A stretch of DNA of 64,000 nt. Origin: Squalus acanthias. Taxonomy: Eukaryota. Made by a program: the position numbers and the translations under genes. Within the stretch, counting starts at the first letter, position 1, and every line of letters begins with the position of its first letter. Positions 11,121-23,814 of this stretch are shown here, piece by piece. The stretch covers positions 10,604,001 to 10,668,000 of the forward strand of contig CM059433.1 of NCBI GenBank assembly GCA_030390025.1, read 5' to 3'. The notes beneath the pieces were generated by a model, which did not search any database, was not told the origin of the DNA, and was given only the letters and a program-made list of their open reading frames with translations.

Positions 11121-12264
11121 TGTCCTGTTACCTTCGGTGATCTGTGGGCATGCACTCCAAGGTCCCTCTGTTCCTCTACACTGCTCAGTATCCTACCATT
11201 TATTGTGTATTTCCTTGCCTTCTTAGCCCTCCCCAACTGCATTACCTCACACTTCTCTGGACTGAATTTCATTTGCCACTGTTCTGCCCACCAGACCAGT
11301 CCATTGATATCTTCCCGCAGTCTACAGCTTTCTTCCTCACTATCAACCACACAGCCAATTTTTGTATCATCTGCAAACTTCTTAATCATGCCCCCTACAT
11401 TGAACTCTAAATCATTGATATATACCACAAAAAGCAAGGGACCTAGTACTGAGCCCTGCGAAACCCCACTGGAAACAGCCTTCCAGTCACAAACTACTCC
11501 AGACTACACATTGGAGAAATCTGCTCAGCCATTGGGGGAGCCAAGACCGTCAGCTTTTAATACAGTGAAGCTTTCTGTCAAAGTCACTTGTGCGTTAAGA
11601 GTTTTCTATTAAAGTATTGTAGGTTATATTAATAGCTCAACTTGCTGCAGATGAATTCCATTTACTCATTGAACACAGCAGCTGCTGCTCAGTCTGTCCG
11701 TCTGATTTCATTTACCATAATCAGTTTCATGTGGCTCTAATGTAATAATAGACTTGTTCTCAGTGAATAGCTCAACCAATTCCAGGTACTATTTGTCACT
11801 AGATTATAGAATTACAGATTTAAAACTTGACGTTGGGCACTTTACTTCCAGTTTTTGAATAGCTGCCTAGAAAACATTTTTATTCAGGTAACTGAAAGGA
11901 AAGTCTTCCATTAAACATGAGGTTCTTTGCTAATTTAGGACCTTACATTGATAGTGTGAGAAGAATATGGAGTAAGATAATAGGTCAGTATGTTTTGATT
12001 TTCAATCATTCCTTTTAGCTCAATCTACATAAACTTCAGTGTTACACTTCTTATCCTGATGTGAGAATAACATTAGTGAATACTGTTCTGCAGTGTGGTA
12101 TGCATCATGAAAATCTATCGTTCATACTCATTCTGTTGCACATGTTTTATGTGAAAGAATTGGACATAAGTGTATCAAGATATCTTTCAGATTTTGAGAC
12201 TGAGGCTCTGTCAAGACAGAAGGGGGATGGGGAACAGTCAGATACTAATTCTGTGAAACATGGT

Positions 12265-12431
12265 GGAGGTAATTTTGACTTTGGGCGACAGTGTAAAGTG
12301 GGCGATATCGGATCGGGCGCTCGTTGTACATCTCTCCCGATTGAAGTCAATGGAAATAAAAAGCGGGAAAGATGGGCCGCTAAATCGATATCGCCCGTCT
12401 TACACTATCGCCCACAGTTAAAATTACCCCC
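12265..12431. mobile_element. Short MITE with ~45-bp imperfect TIRs
   Basis: ggtaattttgactttgggcgacagtgtaa...gcgatatcg versus cgatatcgcc...ttacactatcgcccacagttaaaattacc; central ttgaagtcaatgga. Confidence 0.85.
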
Positions 12432-12450
12432 GATGTCCTTGTGGGACTCA

Positions 12451-12452
<2 letters not shown>

Positions 12453-12481
<29 letters not shown>
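12453..12481. repeat. (TG)n microsatellite
   Basis: About 14 TG units, read directly. Confidence 0.95.
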
Positions 12482-12905
12482 CGCTCACACATATTGAAAG
12501 TGTGCTTGCAGGTTACCAAATGTATCTCCCTCTGTTTTTTGTGTTTATGCCTCTGTGTGTTTCTCGCTCCCACACTTAAGGGCTCGATTTGAACACCAGG
12601 GCAGGAACGTGGCAAAGTGAGCGGCGCGCCCGTCCAAGAGCAGCTCGGACGATTTTAACGGCCGGGCCTCGTTATCATGCTGCTTGCTGACATCCCCACC
12701 AAAAAGGGTACTCCTTCTGGCCCTCAGGGAGGCAAATAAAATTTTTAAAACTGACAATTGGTCTCTGCATCCCCCCCCACCCCGGCCCCCGGGTCTAGGT
12801 CGGGATGGTATCAGCCAGGGTGCTTAGTCCTGATTGTTATGCTATGACACCAGCCAGCGAGTGAGGGCAGGATCAGGCTCATGTATCAAAAAGTGACGGA
12901 GACTT

Positions 12906-13107
12906 GGGGGCAATTTTAACTGAACTGGCATGACGGGAAACTTATCACTGTGGAACGCCGGTTTTACGCCTCACCCAATTTTTGTACTCCATTAACTTCA
13001 TTGGAGAGTAAAATCAGGTCGGGTGTAAAATCAGGCCGGGTGTAAAACCAACGTTGCACCCAATGCCATCAATTTCCCACCAGGCGAGCCAGTTTAAAAT
13101 TGCCCCC
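12906..13107. mobile_element. MITE related to 12265-12431
   Basis: TIRs GGGGGCAATTTTAA / TTAAAATTGCCCCC; central ccattaacttcattgg. Confidence 0.85.
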
Positions 13108-14794
13108 GCTGTCTGGGCCTCATACATGAAGTCCCTCCACATGGCTGAGGTAGCAGAGTGGCTGGCCTTTGTCGAACCATCTCCCAGTATGAGTTAGGAC
13201 CTTCTGGAGAGAAGGGGAGAAAACTGGAGGGGAAAAAATCTTTAACTGAAAAATTCATTGGGAGACTACCTTGATGTAATGAATACTTTTAAACAAGAAA
13301 CACACTGCTATGAATGCGATGGTAATAACTTACTTTTGTTAGGTTTTCTTCCGTGAAGGCGGTTTATTATTTATTTTAGCTGAGGCGCGCTTTTCCTTTT
13401 TCATCTAGCAATTTGCATTATTTCAAAATAATGACACAGGCTGACATTTCTGACAAAGCCTTCCAGCGTTTATGGCACTGGACCTTTAATTAGGGGCCTG
13501 GTGGCACAGCCCATTAGTGCAGTGACGTGCTGTGGTTTGAGATGGTAGGCCGGGGCCTTCTGCCCCGTGGGCCCTCCTTTCCTGCTCCTGTGATTCTCAG
13601 TCTTAGCCAAGCTGTCTGCGGAAGGACCAAGGAAGCAGGTTAGAAAAGAGGGAGGAGATATCAGTGTAGTGCTGTAAAGTTGTAATCGCTACAAATTTGG
13701 TTCTAAATAAAATACAGAAGTAAAAAGTCTCCGTTCTATGGGATGGCTGAAAAACCTGTTTGTGGACTCTTGGTTGTGGGAGGGCGGGGGGGAACATGTA
13801 ATATGAGAGTTTCCAGCTGTCCTGAGTGAGAGCGGGAAAAGACACAAAGCTCCTTCTTAAATGATGTGGTGAAGAGACACAAATGATTTGAGTTCTGAGT
13901 GCGCAGCACAAAACAGCTCCCTGCTCGACAGCTAACTGTGAAAAGCTTAAAGGGGCTTACACATCCTGAGGGTGCAGCAATGGTGCACATTCCGTTCTCC
14001 CGCCCTCGGCTGTAATTAAGAAATACAAGCGCGCTGACTTACTTTTGTTTGTGGCGTCAGTGCAGAGCCATTTTTTTTTTTCCGTGGTTCTCGTGAGCAG
14101 CTGCTGGATTCGTTGGCTCCGCTTGTTCAGCCTCTGGAAAAGAACGATCCCACGTGGGAATGTAAACTAGCAGAGCGATACCAGTCGGCTGGTATCAGGG
14201 CACGCTCCCAAAATCAGAAATGCAAAGTCAAAGTGCCAAAGATCAAAGCGAGAGAAACCAAGGCAGCGTTAATTGGTTACTGTGTGAACATTACCTCAGG
14301 TGGTTAGGGTTATAAATACAGGGCCACCACACCCCAGAAGTACAAAAATCATTATGTTCTCAAGGTAGTTTGATTTAAATTCAACCAATAAGTGGCCCCC
14401 TGGGATCATGAAGAACCATGTAAATTAAAATTGTTTTAAATATTTATAATTAACAATTTCTAAACATATGATTTACAAATGCAAAGGGCAACAGTTAGTT
14501 ATTGCAGCCTTTTTGCACAAGTGAGGGAACACTAGGAATTCTCTATCATTGGTGAGAAATTCTGTTAGGAACTGAACGAATCCCTGAAGTCTAAAGAGTC
14601 TATTTCTGACGCTATTCAAGCAGTGGTTCAGTGGGGAGCCAGGATTGCACTGCCTGTTTGTATTGTACTGGTGTGGAATGACAAACCTTTTTTCATTGGT
14701 TGAACTACAGGAGGGTGCTGGAGGTTTAGAAGAAAGTTTTCAGAAAAGGCAAATATAAACCAGCCTCAGGGCCCCCTTGGTGGCTCAGTGTGGT

Positions 14795-15225
14795 CGCAGT
14801 TATATCGAACCTTTCACAACCTCAGCACATCTCAAAGTGCTTTGCAGACAATTAAGTACTTTCAAAGTATAGTCCCTGTTGTAATGTAGGAAATGCGGCA
14901 GCCAATTTGCACACAGCAAGGTCCCACAAGAAGCAACGGGATGTTGACCAGATAATCTGATTGTTTTGGTGTTTGTTCAGGACACCGGGGAGAACTCTCC
15001 TGCTCTTCTTTGAAATAGTGCCGTGAGATCTTTTACGTCCACCTGAGAAGGCAGATTGGGCCTCGGTTTAACGTCTGATCCGAAAGACAGCATCTATGAC
15101 AATATAGCACTTCCTCAGTACAAGCACGGGAGTGTCAGCCTAGATTAGGTGCTGGAGTGGGGCTATGAACCCACAACCTTCTGACGCAGAGGCGAGAATG
15201 CTAATGACTGAGCCACGGCTGACAC
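14795..15225 (-). mobile_element. Deu-domain SINE, near full length, diverged
   Basis: Reverse complement of the SINE seen at 63358-63830, including the tRNA-like head. Confidence 0.85.
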
Positions 15226-15292
15226 TGTACGGGAGGCCCCAGGTCTGCAGTGAGTTAGCTGATCTCAGCCGGGACAGGAAATACTCAGGGTT

Positions 15293-15529
15293 CAAAAGCA
15301 AAATACTGCGGATGCTGGAAATCTGAAATAAAAACAGAAAATGCTGGAAATACTCAGCAGGTCGGGCAGCATCTGTGGAGGGAGAAACAGAGTTAACGTT
15401 TCAGGTCGATGACCCTTCGTCAGAACGTTCTGACGAAGGGTCATTGACCTGAAAGGTTAACTCTGTTTCTCTCTCTCCACAGATGCTGCCTGACCTGCTG
15501 AGTGTTTCCAGCATTTTCTGTTTTTATTT
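15293..15529. mobile_element. Penelope-like fold-back insertion, family A, loopless palindrome
   Basis: Centre cagaac|gttctg at 15426/15427; tail 15293-15325; flanks aatactcagggttc (15280-15293) and aatactcaaggttc (15530-15543). Confidence 0.88.
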
Positions 15530-17576
15530 AATACTCAAGGTTCCTTGGCTCAGAAGTGAAATATCAGCCGGGATAGCTGCTCCTGTCGTATCCTATTGAG
15601 CAGTGTGTGTGTGGGGAAAGAATCAAATTTGTCTGTGACACCCCGTGAACAAAATAAATGAAAGGCCCCGACATCCCTCCCCACTTTGTCTGGGTGCTGG
15701 ACAAGCCCAGGTAAGGTAAAGGGGACTCTGCTGCTTTTCCTCTCCATAGTGCCAAGGAGCTGGGTGTCGGGGCCAAAATGTCATTGTGATCAAACAAGAT
15801 ACTGTTTTGCAACTGGGGCCGGTGGTACTCTTGTTACTGCAGTGCAGAAGGAGTTAGGTTTGGCAGATTTTCTTTGCTCTGTGCAACTTATTCATGCTGC
15901 ACAAAGTGGAAACACGTTCTTTTCTTCAACGATAATCTTTCAGAATGTGTGGTTTGGGGCATTGGTGGTAACTGCAAAGCCTAACTGCATCCGCACGGTG
16001 TTGTGGTAGAACGGTAGAGCGAAGTGTGGAAACCATGTTCCTCCATCCACTGAGCTAACAGTTTCAGTGACACTCTCAGAATAAGGAGGCGAGGCGAAGG
16101 CAGGCACTTGTCCACAGACACAAACCACAAGCCACCCTCCTCATCCTGCTCCAGCACACCGTCTGGAAACTAGTCATCGAACCAGGTGACGTGTCTCCCT
16201 CTTCAGCTCAACAATGATTCTTGTGGACCTCCAAGAGGGGAAGGACAATAATTACAAAATAACATGATTTCTACCCCTTCCCCCCCCTCCCCCCGCCACA
16301 AATATTGGCCAAAGTAAGCAAGAGAAACTATTCATATACCGATCACCATGCTTATTAGCGATAAATTTCTGAAGAAATAAAATATATCTTTTTGACAAAT
16401 CCAAAGTACAAGAGCAATTCCACTTGCTTGCCAACTCTTCCCGGTTGAAGGACTATCACAGATTGATTCTGCCATGACTAAGTTGGCAGGAAGTCAGAGC
16501 CTGACCTGGTTTGGCTGACAAGAAACAAAGCTGTCAGATGTTAAGAGCTACCAAACAATATCCGACACTGAAGGTGACCTTGGATTGATTGTTTGAAGGT
16601 AGACAACCCCTCAACCTATTCTTCATTGTCTCTCTTTCCCAGTTCACAGATACTTGACATTTTGCCCTGAATATTTTACATCAATTAATTCTTGGCATGA
16701 TGACTTCACTAAAAAAAGAAACTGTGCTCAATATATTACGAAGTGGGCAGGAAGATGGAAATTGTAGGAGTTGTGTGGGGAAATTGATTTAAACAAGTCC
16801 AAATTGAATTTGTATCAGTTGCCACAGTCTGAAGTGATAGTCTGGGCCATGTTCGCTAAAACTAAATTTCTTAGATGACTTTACAGATCACGCCAAGAAG
16901 ATAAGAGCAATTGTGGAATTACAGCAATACTGCACAATTGTGTATAATGACACAGTCATTTAAATATTAATGGGGGCACATGTTTGCAGCAGTGAAGGAG
17001 CAGCCAATGTTACTGAAAATAGCAAATGTGCACTGTGGCACAATGCAAATGGAATTACTGCCTGTTCTGTGTTTTGTACCTTCGAAAACCATCCTCTCGA
17101 ATTATATTAACTAACAGTGTTAATAACCCGAGTAAGATATAAGTAGAGTAATATCACAGGTTTAAGGAGTGACTTCCCTGATGGCCGAGTGGGTAAAGGG
17201 ATTGTCCTGTGCATTATTAAATCTTACATACCAGCAAGTGCCAAATTTAATTACCAGTTTGTGCTGAGTTTGCTAATCTCAGCAATTAGGGTGCTACAAT
17301 AAACCTCAGCAAAATTGCACATATTTGCTATTCCGTGATCCTTGCTGAAAGGTATTAGTATGTGTGTGGATATCGGGTGAAAGTAGGGATCGGGCCTACC
17401 TGTCATGCCCTCCATGGTCAAGTATCCAGCCAACAATCATTGTCCAGCCTCACGTATGAATAATAAAGAAAGACTACATAGTGCATTTCACAACCTCAGG
17501 GCGTCACATAAGAACGAGCAGTTTCTAGATTGTTCTAGCATGCACTCTGTACATCTGAGGACATTGCAGAAACCAG

Positions 17577-20500
17577 TATAAGAACAGAAGAAATAGGAGC
17601 AGGAGTAGGCCATTCGGCCCCTCAAGCCTGCTCCACCATTCAATAAGATCATGGCTGATCTGATCTTGGCCTCAACTCCACTTTTCTGCCTGTTCCCCAT
17701 AACCCTCGACTCCCCTGTAGCTCAAAAATCTGTCTATCTCCACCTTAAATATATTCAATGACCCAGCCTCCACAGCTCTCTGGGATAGAGAATTCCAAAG
17801 ATTTACGACCCTCTGAGAGAAGAAATTTCTCCTCATCTCCATGTTAAATGGGCGACCCCTTATTCTGAAACTATGCCCTAGTTCTAGATTCCCCCACGAG
17901 GGGAAACATCCTTCCTGCATCTACCCTGTCAAGCCCCCTCAGAATCTTATATGTTTCAATAAGATCACCTCTCATTCTTCTAAACTCCAATGAGTATAGG
18001 TCCAACCTGCTCAACCTTTCCTCAAGACAACCCATTCAACTCGGGAATCAACCTAGTGAACCTTCTCTGAACTGCCTCCAATGCAAGTATATCCCTCCAT
18101 AAATAAGGAGACCAAAACTGTACGCAGTACTCCAGGTGTGGTCTCACCAATGCCCTGTACAGTTGTAGCAAGACTTTCCTACTTTTATACTCCATTCCCT
18201 TTGCAATAAGGGCCAACATTCCATTTGCCTTCCTAATTATTTGCTGTACCTGCATGCTAACTTTTTGTGTTTCATGTATGAGGACCCCCAGATCCCTCTG
18301 TACCGCAGCATTCTGTAGTCTCTCTCCATTTAAACAATATTTTGCTTTTCTATTCTTCCTACCAAAGTGGATAACCTCACATTTTCCCACATTATGCTCC
18401 ATCTGCCAAATTTTTGCCCGCTCACTTAACCTATCTATATCCCTTTGCAGACTCTTTGGGCTGGATTTTGACGGCGCTCAGAGGGCGGGTTTGGAGGCAG
18501 GTCCGCTGTCAAAATAACAAAGATTGACAGGGGTAGGAAACTCGCTGTCAACCCACCTCCACGCGAGTCTCCCAGGTGTCGAGTCTGTCAGCGGAGAACA
18601 TACAATTGAGCTCATTAAATGGCTTGTTAACAGCCAATGTAATGGTATTTTGAGGCTTCCTTCCAATTTTACGTGCTCTCCCACGGGTTACCCGCTGCTC
18701 GGGGAACACGCCAGCTCACCCTGGCGTGAGTGGAGTCTGCTCTGATGTATCTGATAAGGTGACAGCTGCAGAAGTGGTGTAAAGGATGCCATGTTGCAGA
18801 TGGTCAGTTTCAGAGCGCAGAAACTGTTGGTTACTGCATTTGTAAGATATATACAGATTTCTTTAGCTTGCAAGTGTTTAGAGCCAACTGTATGTCCAGT
18901 GCCACCTCATTGGAACAACCTCTCTCACCATTGACAGATCGCTTCTGTCATCTCACCTGCAGCTGACATCTATTGCAGCAACATCGGTGCCCTAGAAACT
19001 ATCTCATCTTGCTCCTCTGATTCCTTCCACGCTCAGCCCCAACACCAACATCACCAGGCACACCAGCAGCACCGACAACAACACCAACCTTCTCCGCCAT
19101 CACCTGGTGCTGCACAGGACACAGGGCATCAGCCCCTGACAACATTGCTATCTGGGAAGACAGCGATGGCATCACCATGGCCAGATTTACTTCACTTGAC
19201 ACTGTAAACCCTGGCTGTCACATGGTGCGCCAGGTTGACACCATCCCACACCAGCACCGTGAAGCATCCCTACAATGTCCAAGCCATTCCATGCACACTC
19301 ATCACTATAGCGGCGGCGGGGGGGGGGAAGTTATGTCTCAACATTCACTGGAACTCAGTAAGACACTTCTCAAGGTGCACACAGATCTGTCCAATAAGGG
19401 GCAGTGTTGAAAATATAGATTTTTACTGTACTAATGTGGCCGTGGTCCCTTTGAGGAAACCGGCTGATGACGCGTCATCAAATGACGTCATCAGACCCGC
19501 TTCCTGTTAATTGGCCGGGAAGCCCACAGGGCGGGCTTAACCAAGCCAGTCTACGGAAACTCCCTTTGACAGAGCGGCTGTAGCCGGGACCGGAACCCAG
19601 TAACCAGCTATCCCGCCACCATCCCGACACCACTGAGAAAATCTAGCCCTTTGTGTCCTCCTCACAACTTGCTTTCCCACCTATCTTTGTATCATCAGCA
19701 AATTTGGCTACAGTACACTCAGTCCCTTCATCCAAGTCATTAATATAGATTGTAAATAGTTGAGGCCCCAGCACTGATCCCTGTGCTGTGGCACCCCACT
19801 AGTTACAGTTTGCCAACCTGAAAATGACCTATTTATCCCGACTCTCTGTTTTCTGTTAGTCAGTCAATTCTCTATCCATGCTAATATATTACCCCCAACA
19901 CCATGAGCTCTTATCTTGTGCAGTAACCTTTTTTGTGGCACCTTATCGAATGCCTTTTGGAAATCCAAATACACTACACCTACTGGTTCCCCTTTATCCA
20001 CCCTGCTCATTACATCCTCAAAGAACTCTAAGAAATTTGTTAAACAGGATTTGCCTTTCATAAAACCATGTTGACTCTGCTTGATTGTATTATGACTTTA
20101 TAATAATGGATGCCAGCATTTTCCCAATGACAGATGTTAGGCTAACTGGCCTATAGTTTCCTGCTTTCTGTCTCCCTCCTTTCTTGAATAGGGGTGTTAC
20201 ATTTGCGGTTTTCCAATCCGCTGGGACTTTTCCAGAATCTAGGGAATTTTGGAAGATTACAACCAATGCATCCACTATCTCTGCAGCCACTTCTTTTAAG
20301 ACCCTAGGATGCAGGCCATCAGGTCATGGGGACTTCTCAGCCTTTAGTCCCATTAGTTTGCCGAGTACTTTTTCTCTAGTGATAGTGATTGTTTTAAGTT
20401 CCTCCCTCCCTTTTGCCCCTTGATTTTCCACTATTATTGGGATGTTGTTAGTGTCTTCTACCATGAAGACAGATACAAAGTATTTGTTCAAAGTCTCTGC

Positions 20501-21014
20501 CATTTCCTTGTTTCTCATTATTAATTCCCCAGTCTCATCCTCTAAGGGACCAATGTTTACTTTAGCTACTCTCTTCCTTTTTATATACTTGTAGAAGCTC
20601 TTACTGTCCGTTTTTATATTTCTTGCTAGTTTACTCTCACAATCTATTTTCTCCCCCTTTATTATTTTTTTAGTCAGCCTTTGCAAGTTTCTAAAAATTT
20701 CCCAATCTTCTGGCCTATCACTAATCTTCACAACATTGTATGCCTTTTCTTTCAATTTGATACCCTCCTTAACTTCCTTAGTAAGCCACAGATGGTTCAT
20801 CCTTCTCTTAGAGTCTTTCTTTCTCACTGGAATATATCTTTGCTGAGAGTTATGAAATATCTCCTTAAAAGTCTGCCACTGCTTATCTCCCGTTTTACCT
20901 TTTAATCTATTTTCCCAGTCCACTTTAGCCAACTCTGTCTTCATACCCTTGTAATTGCTTTATTTAAGTTTAAGACACTAGTTTCAGAACCAAGTTTCTC
21001 ACCCTCAAACTGAA
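17577..21014 (-). mobile_element. CR1 LINE, long 5'-truncated copy split by a Harbinger-type element
   Basis: Minus ORFs 20324-20944, 20090-20290, 19864-20061, 18022-18402 and 17672-17920 are consecutive ORF2 pieces. Confidence 0.93.
18458..19649. mobile_element. Non-autonomous PIF/Harbinger-type element with a TTT TSD
   Basis: TIRs GGGCTGGATTTT / AAAATCTAGCCC; ttt at 18455-18457 and 19650-19652; the CR1 sequence is continuous across the insertion. Confidence 0.88.
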
Positions 21015-21472
21015 TGTCCCAAAGCGCTTTACAGTCAATGAAGTACTTTTGAAGAGTAGTCATTGTTGTAATGTAGAAATCACAGCAGTCTATTAGCACA
21101 CTGCAAGGTCCCACAAACAGCAATCTGATAATGGCCAGATAATCTGTTTTTAGTGATGTTGGTTGAGGGATAAATATTGGCCAGAACACCGGGATAACTC
21201 CCCTGCTCTTCTTCGAATATTGTCATGGGATCTTTTACATCCACCTGAGAGGGCAGACGGGGTCTCGGTTTAGCATCTCATCTGAAAGATGGCCCCTCCA
21301 ACAGTGCAGCACTCCCTCAGTACTGCTGTTTATGGGAGCTTGCTGTGCGCAAATCGGCTGCTGCGTTTCCTATATTACAACAGTGACTACACTTTAAGAG
21401 TACTTCATTGGCTGTAAAGTGCTTTGGGGTGTCCTGCGGTTATGAAAGGCGCCATATAAATGCAAGTCTTTT
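21015..21472. mobile_element. Deu-SINE with inverted structure (minus copy fused to a plus 3' fragment)
   Basis: 21015-21323 is the SINE reverse complement; 21323-21472 is the SINE 3' end in forward orientation. Confidence 0.8.
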
Positions 21473-22424
21473 TTTTGGAACCATACCTTAGCGAGGGTCA
21501 GTGCCTTCATGAGAGGAGGGAAAAAACTGGAGGACAAAAAAATGATTTAGCTGGCAATGGATGTTTATGTCCAAAAACCATACCAAATTGAGAAGAGGCT
21601 GACAAGCTGAATTCTGAGATGAAAGGCATTTTAGCCCCAGTTCGACAATCCATTCACGATAATTTGGAAAGCCAGTTGGTACTAAACTGCAAGAATATTT
21701 CAGAACACCATTATTCAACTATTCAGTTGCAATAAACTCTTCAGCGTCAAGAATCACATCTAAAAGAAGTTCCTCCAGGGATTCAACAGCGCACTTGATT
21801 TGCAGAGGACACAAGTTAGGAGGAAAGGTTTTGTCATCCAGATTGATCAGCATTTAGTTTTTTAACAATCATTTACCACCCAATTTCTGTACAGAAAAGC
21901 TGGATGTGCTCATTATAGGCATCAGTTGTCACTGTGATTCTTATTTGGTACCTGCCTGCATAAACAAACCATCAGCACAAACTATCATTTGTGAGTAGCA
22001 TGCATCGACACATAGCCCAGAATCTACAGGAAGATTACAAAAGCTGTACATTTATCATGGCTTTGTGAATAAAGAATTGTCAGCATTCAATTATCTCTCA
22101 AATTTGTAGATGGTTCTACATTTTTTAGCAGTTTGAATCACCTGCCCATTGTACACCGTTGACTTCAATAGAAAGGAAAATTGGGTATGGTGTACATTGA
22201 TCGGCTCATTCGACATCGTCCATTGTACACCATCGCCTAAATTTAAAATGACCACCCTGCTCTCAGCCAGCACAGCAGTAGCACTACAAATGGTCTTAGC
22301 ATCTCTGGGCTAGGGAAGGGGGCAAGAAGCCAGCCACAATCATAATCATACAGGTTTCCAATGGCTTCTGCTGGATGTTTGAACATTTGGGTGGGGATAG
22401 GATCCCACTTGGTACCAAAAGAAA

Positions 22425-22762
22425 AAAAGAAAGACTTGCATTTATATAGCGCCTTTCACGACCACCGGACATCTCAAAGCGCTTTACAGCCAATGAAGTA
22501 CTTTTGAAGTGGAGTCACTGTTGTAATGTGGGAAACGCGGCAGCCAATTTGCGCACAGCAAGCTCCCACAAACATCAATGTGATAATGACCAGATAATCT
22601 GTTTTTGTTATGTTGATTGAGGGATAAATATTAACCAGGACACTGGGGATAACTCCCCTGCTCTTCTTCAAAATAGTGCCTTGGGGATCTTTTACGCCCA
22701 CCTGAGAGAACAGACGGGGTCTCGGTTTAACGTCTCATCCGAAAGCCGGCACCTCCGACGGC
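22425..22762 (-). mobile_element. Deu-domain SINE, 5'-truncated
   Basis: Close match to the reverse complement of 63358-63830. Confidence 0.9.
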
Positions 22763-23246
22763 ACCAAGTATAATTACTACATTTGAAAAAAAAACTGATT
22801 ATGTACTCACTGTCCAACATTCACCACCCAGGTTGATATGTAAGACAGATGGACATTAAAGCGTGGTACCCGTATATAACTGCAGCCTGTGGAATTGTTC
22901 CCTTGCATGTGTTACCACCTTCAGCGAGAGAGGACGAAGAGGGGAAATCGGGAGGGATATCTGACTTTGGGTAATAGGTGAACTTTTAGATTTACAGATC
23001 GATCTATAAAATAATTTGACCCTGTATAATCCAGTTACCTTTCTGACTCATTCAGCCCTGACCAAACGGATTGTAAAATGAGAAGCAGAAAGCAGGCATT
23101 AAAGTTCCCTAACTACACCTAACGGTCCACAGTGATTGAAATACACTGAATGAAAATAACCAGTCTGCCTACACCAACAATGATGGACAGGAAAAGACCC
23201 ACTGGTCCATCCAGCCTGTCCCACACAACTGCGATGCATCACAATA

Positions 23247-23814
23247 CAGGAAACTCTTTGGTATCCGGCACCGACGGGACCGGTGTGGTGCCGGTTGATC
23301 GAAAGTTCCGGATAACGGAGAGTTATATCTACCGAGGCTATTTTTGACATAAAAAAATCAAGAAATGTGCAGTATACAGTATTTGGTTACTCACCTACAG
23401 AATGTTGTGTTAAATGGATGGTGGAAGATGCTTGATTAAGTACAGTACTGCCAGTTGAGGGTAATCCATAACTCTTTAATTACTTAACAGTAAGTGAGAC
23501 TCCCGGCAGCGCGGGAGAATCAGACTCCTGTTACTGCAGTGTTCGGACTTCCGACAGCGCCAGGAGGCCGAGTAGTGGCACTTTGGAGAACTACCCCCAC
23601 TGACTAACTCGGCGTTCGCGGGAGACTCGGACTCGGACTCGGCAACATTGCCGGTTATTTGAGGGGAGTTTTCGGAGTACTCGGCGTTCGCGGGAGACTC
23701 GGACTCGGACTCGGCAACATTGCCGGTTATTTGAGAGGAGTTTTCGGAGTATGATTTTTGCCGGTTAAGAGAGAATTGCGGATATTTAGGTGCCGGTTAA
23801 ACAAGAGTTTCCTG
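23247..23814. mobile_element. Tc1/mariner-superfamily (pogo/Tigger-like) MITE with TA TSD
   Basis: TA|CAGGAAACTCTT...AAGAGTTTCCTG|TA; TIR extends imperfectly to ~26 bp (ccggcacc); internal 72-bp tandem duplication at 23607-23750. Confidence 0.88.

Larger units (their letters stand above)
9938..11492 (-). mobile_element. CR1 LINE 3' portion, split by a Penelope-like hairpin
   Basis: Minus ORFs 11078-11437 (YINDL, FADDTK) and 10116-10523 ([13 protein letters not shown]); tail near 9938. Confidence 0.92.

Noticed and set aside
17170..17460. Ancient LF-SINE-like tRNA-derived repeats (also near 28640, 37790, 58600 and 61560)
   Set aside because: A shared gagttagctgatctcagc-like motif is visible, but the copies are too diverged to assign family or boundaries.
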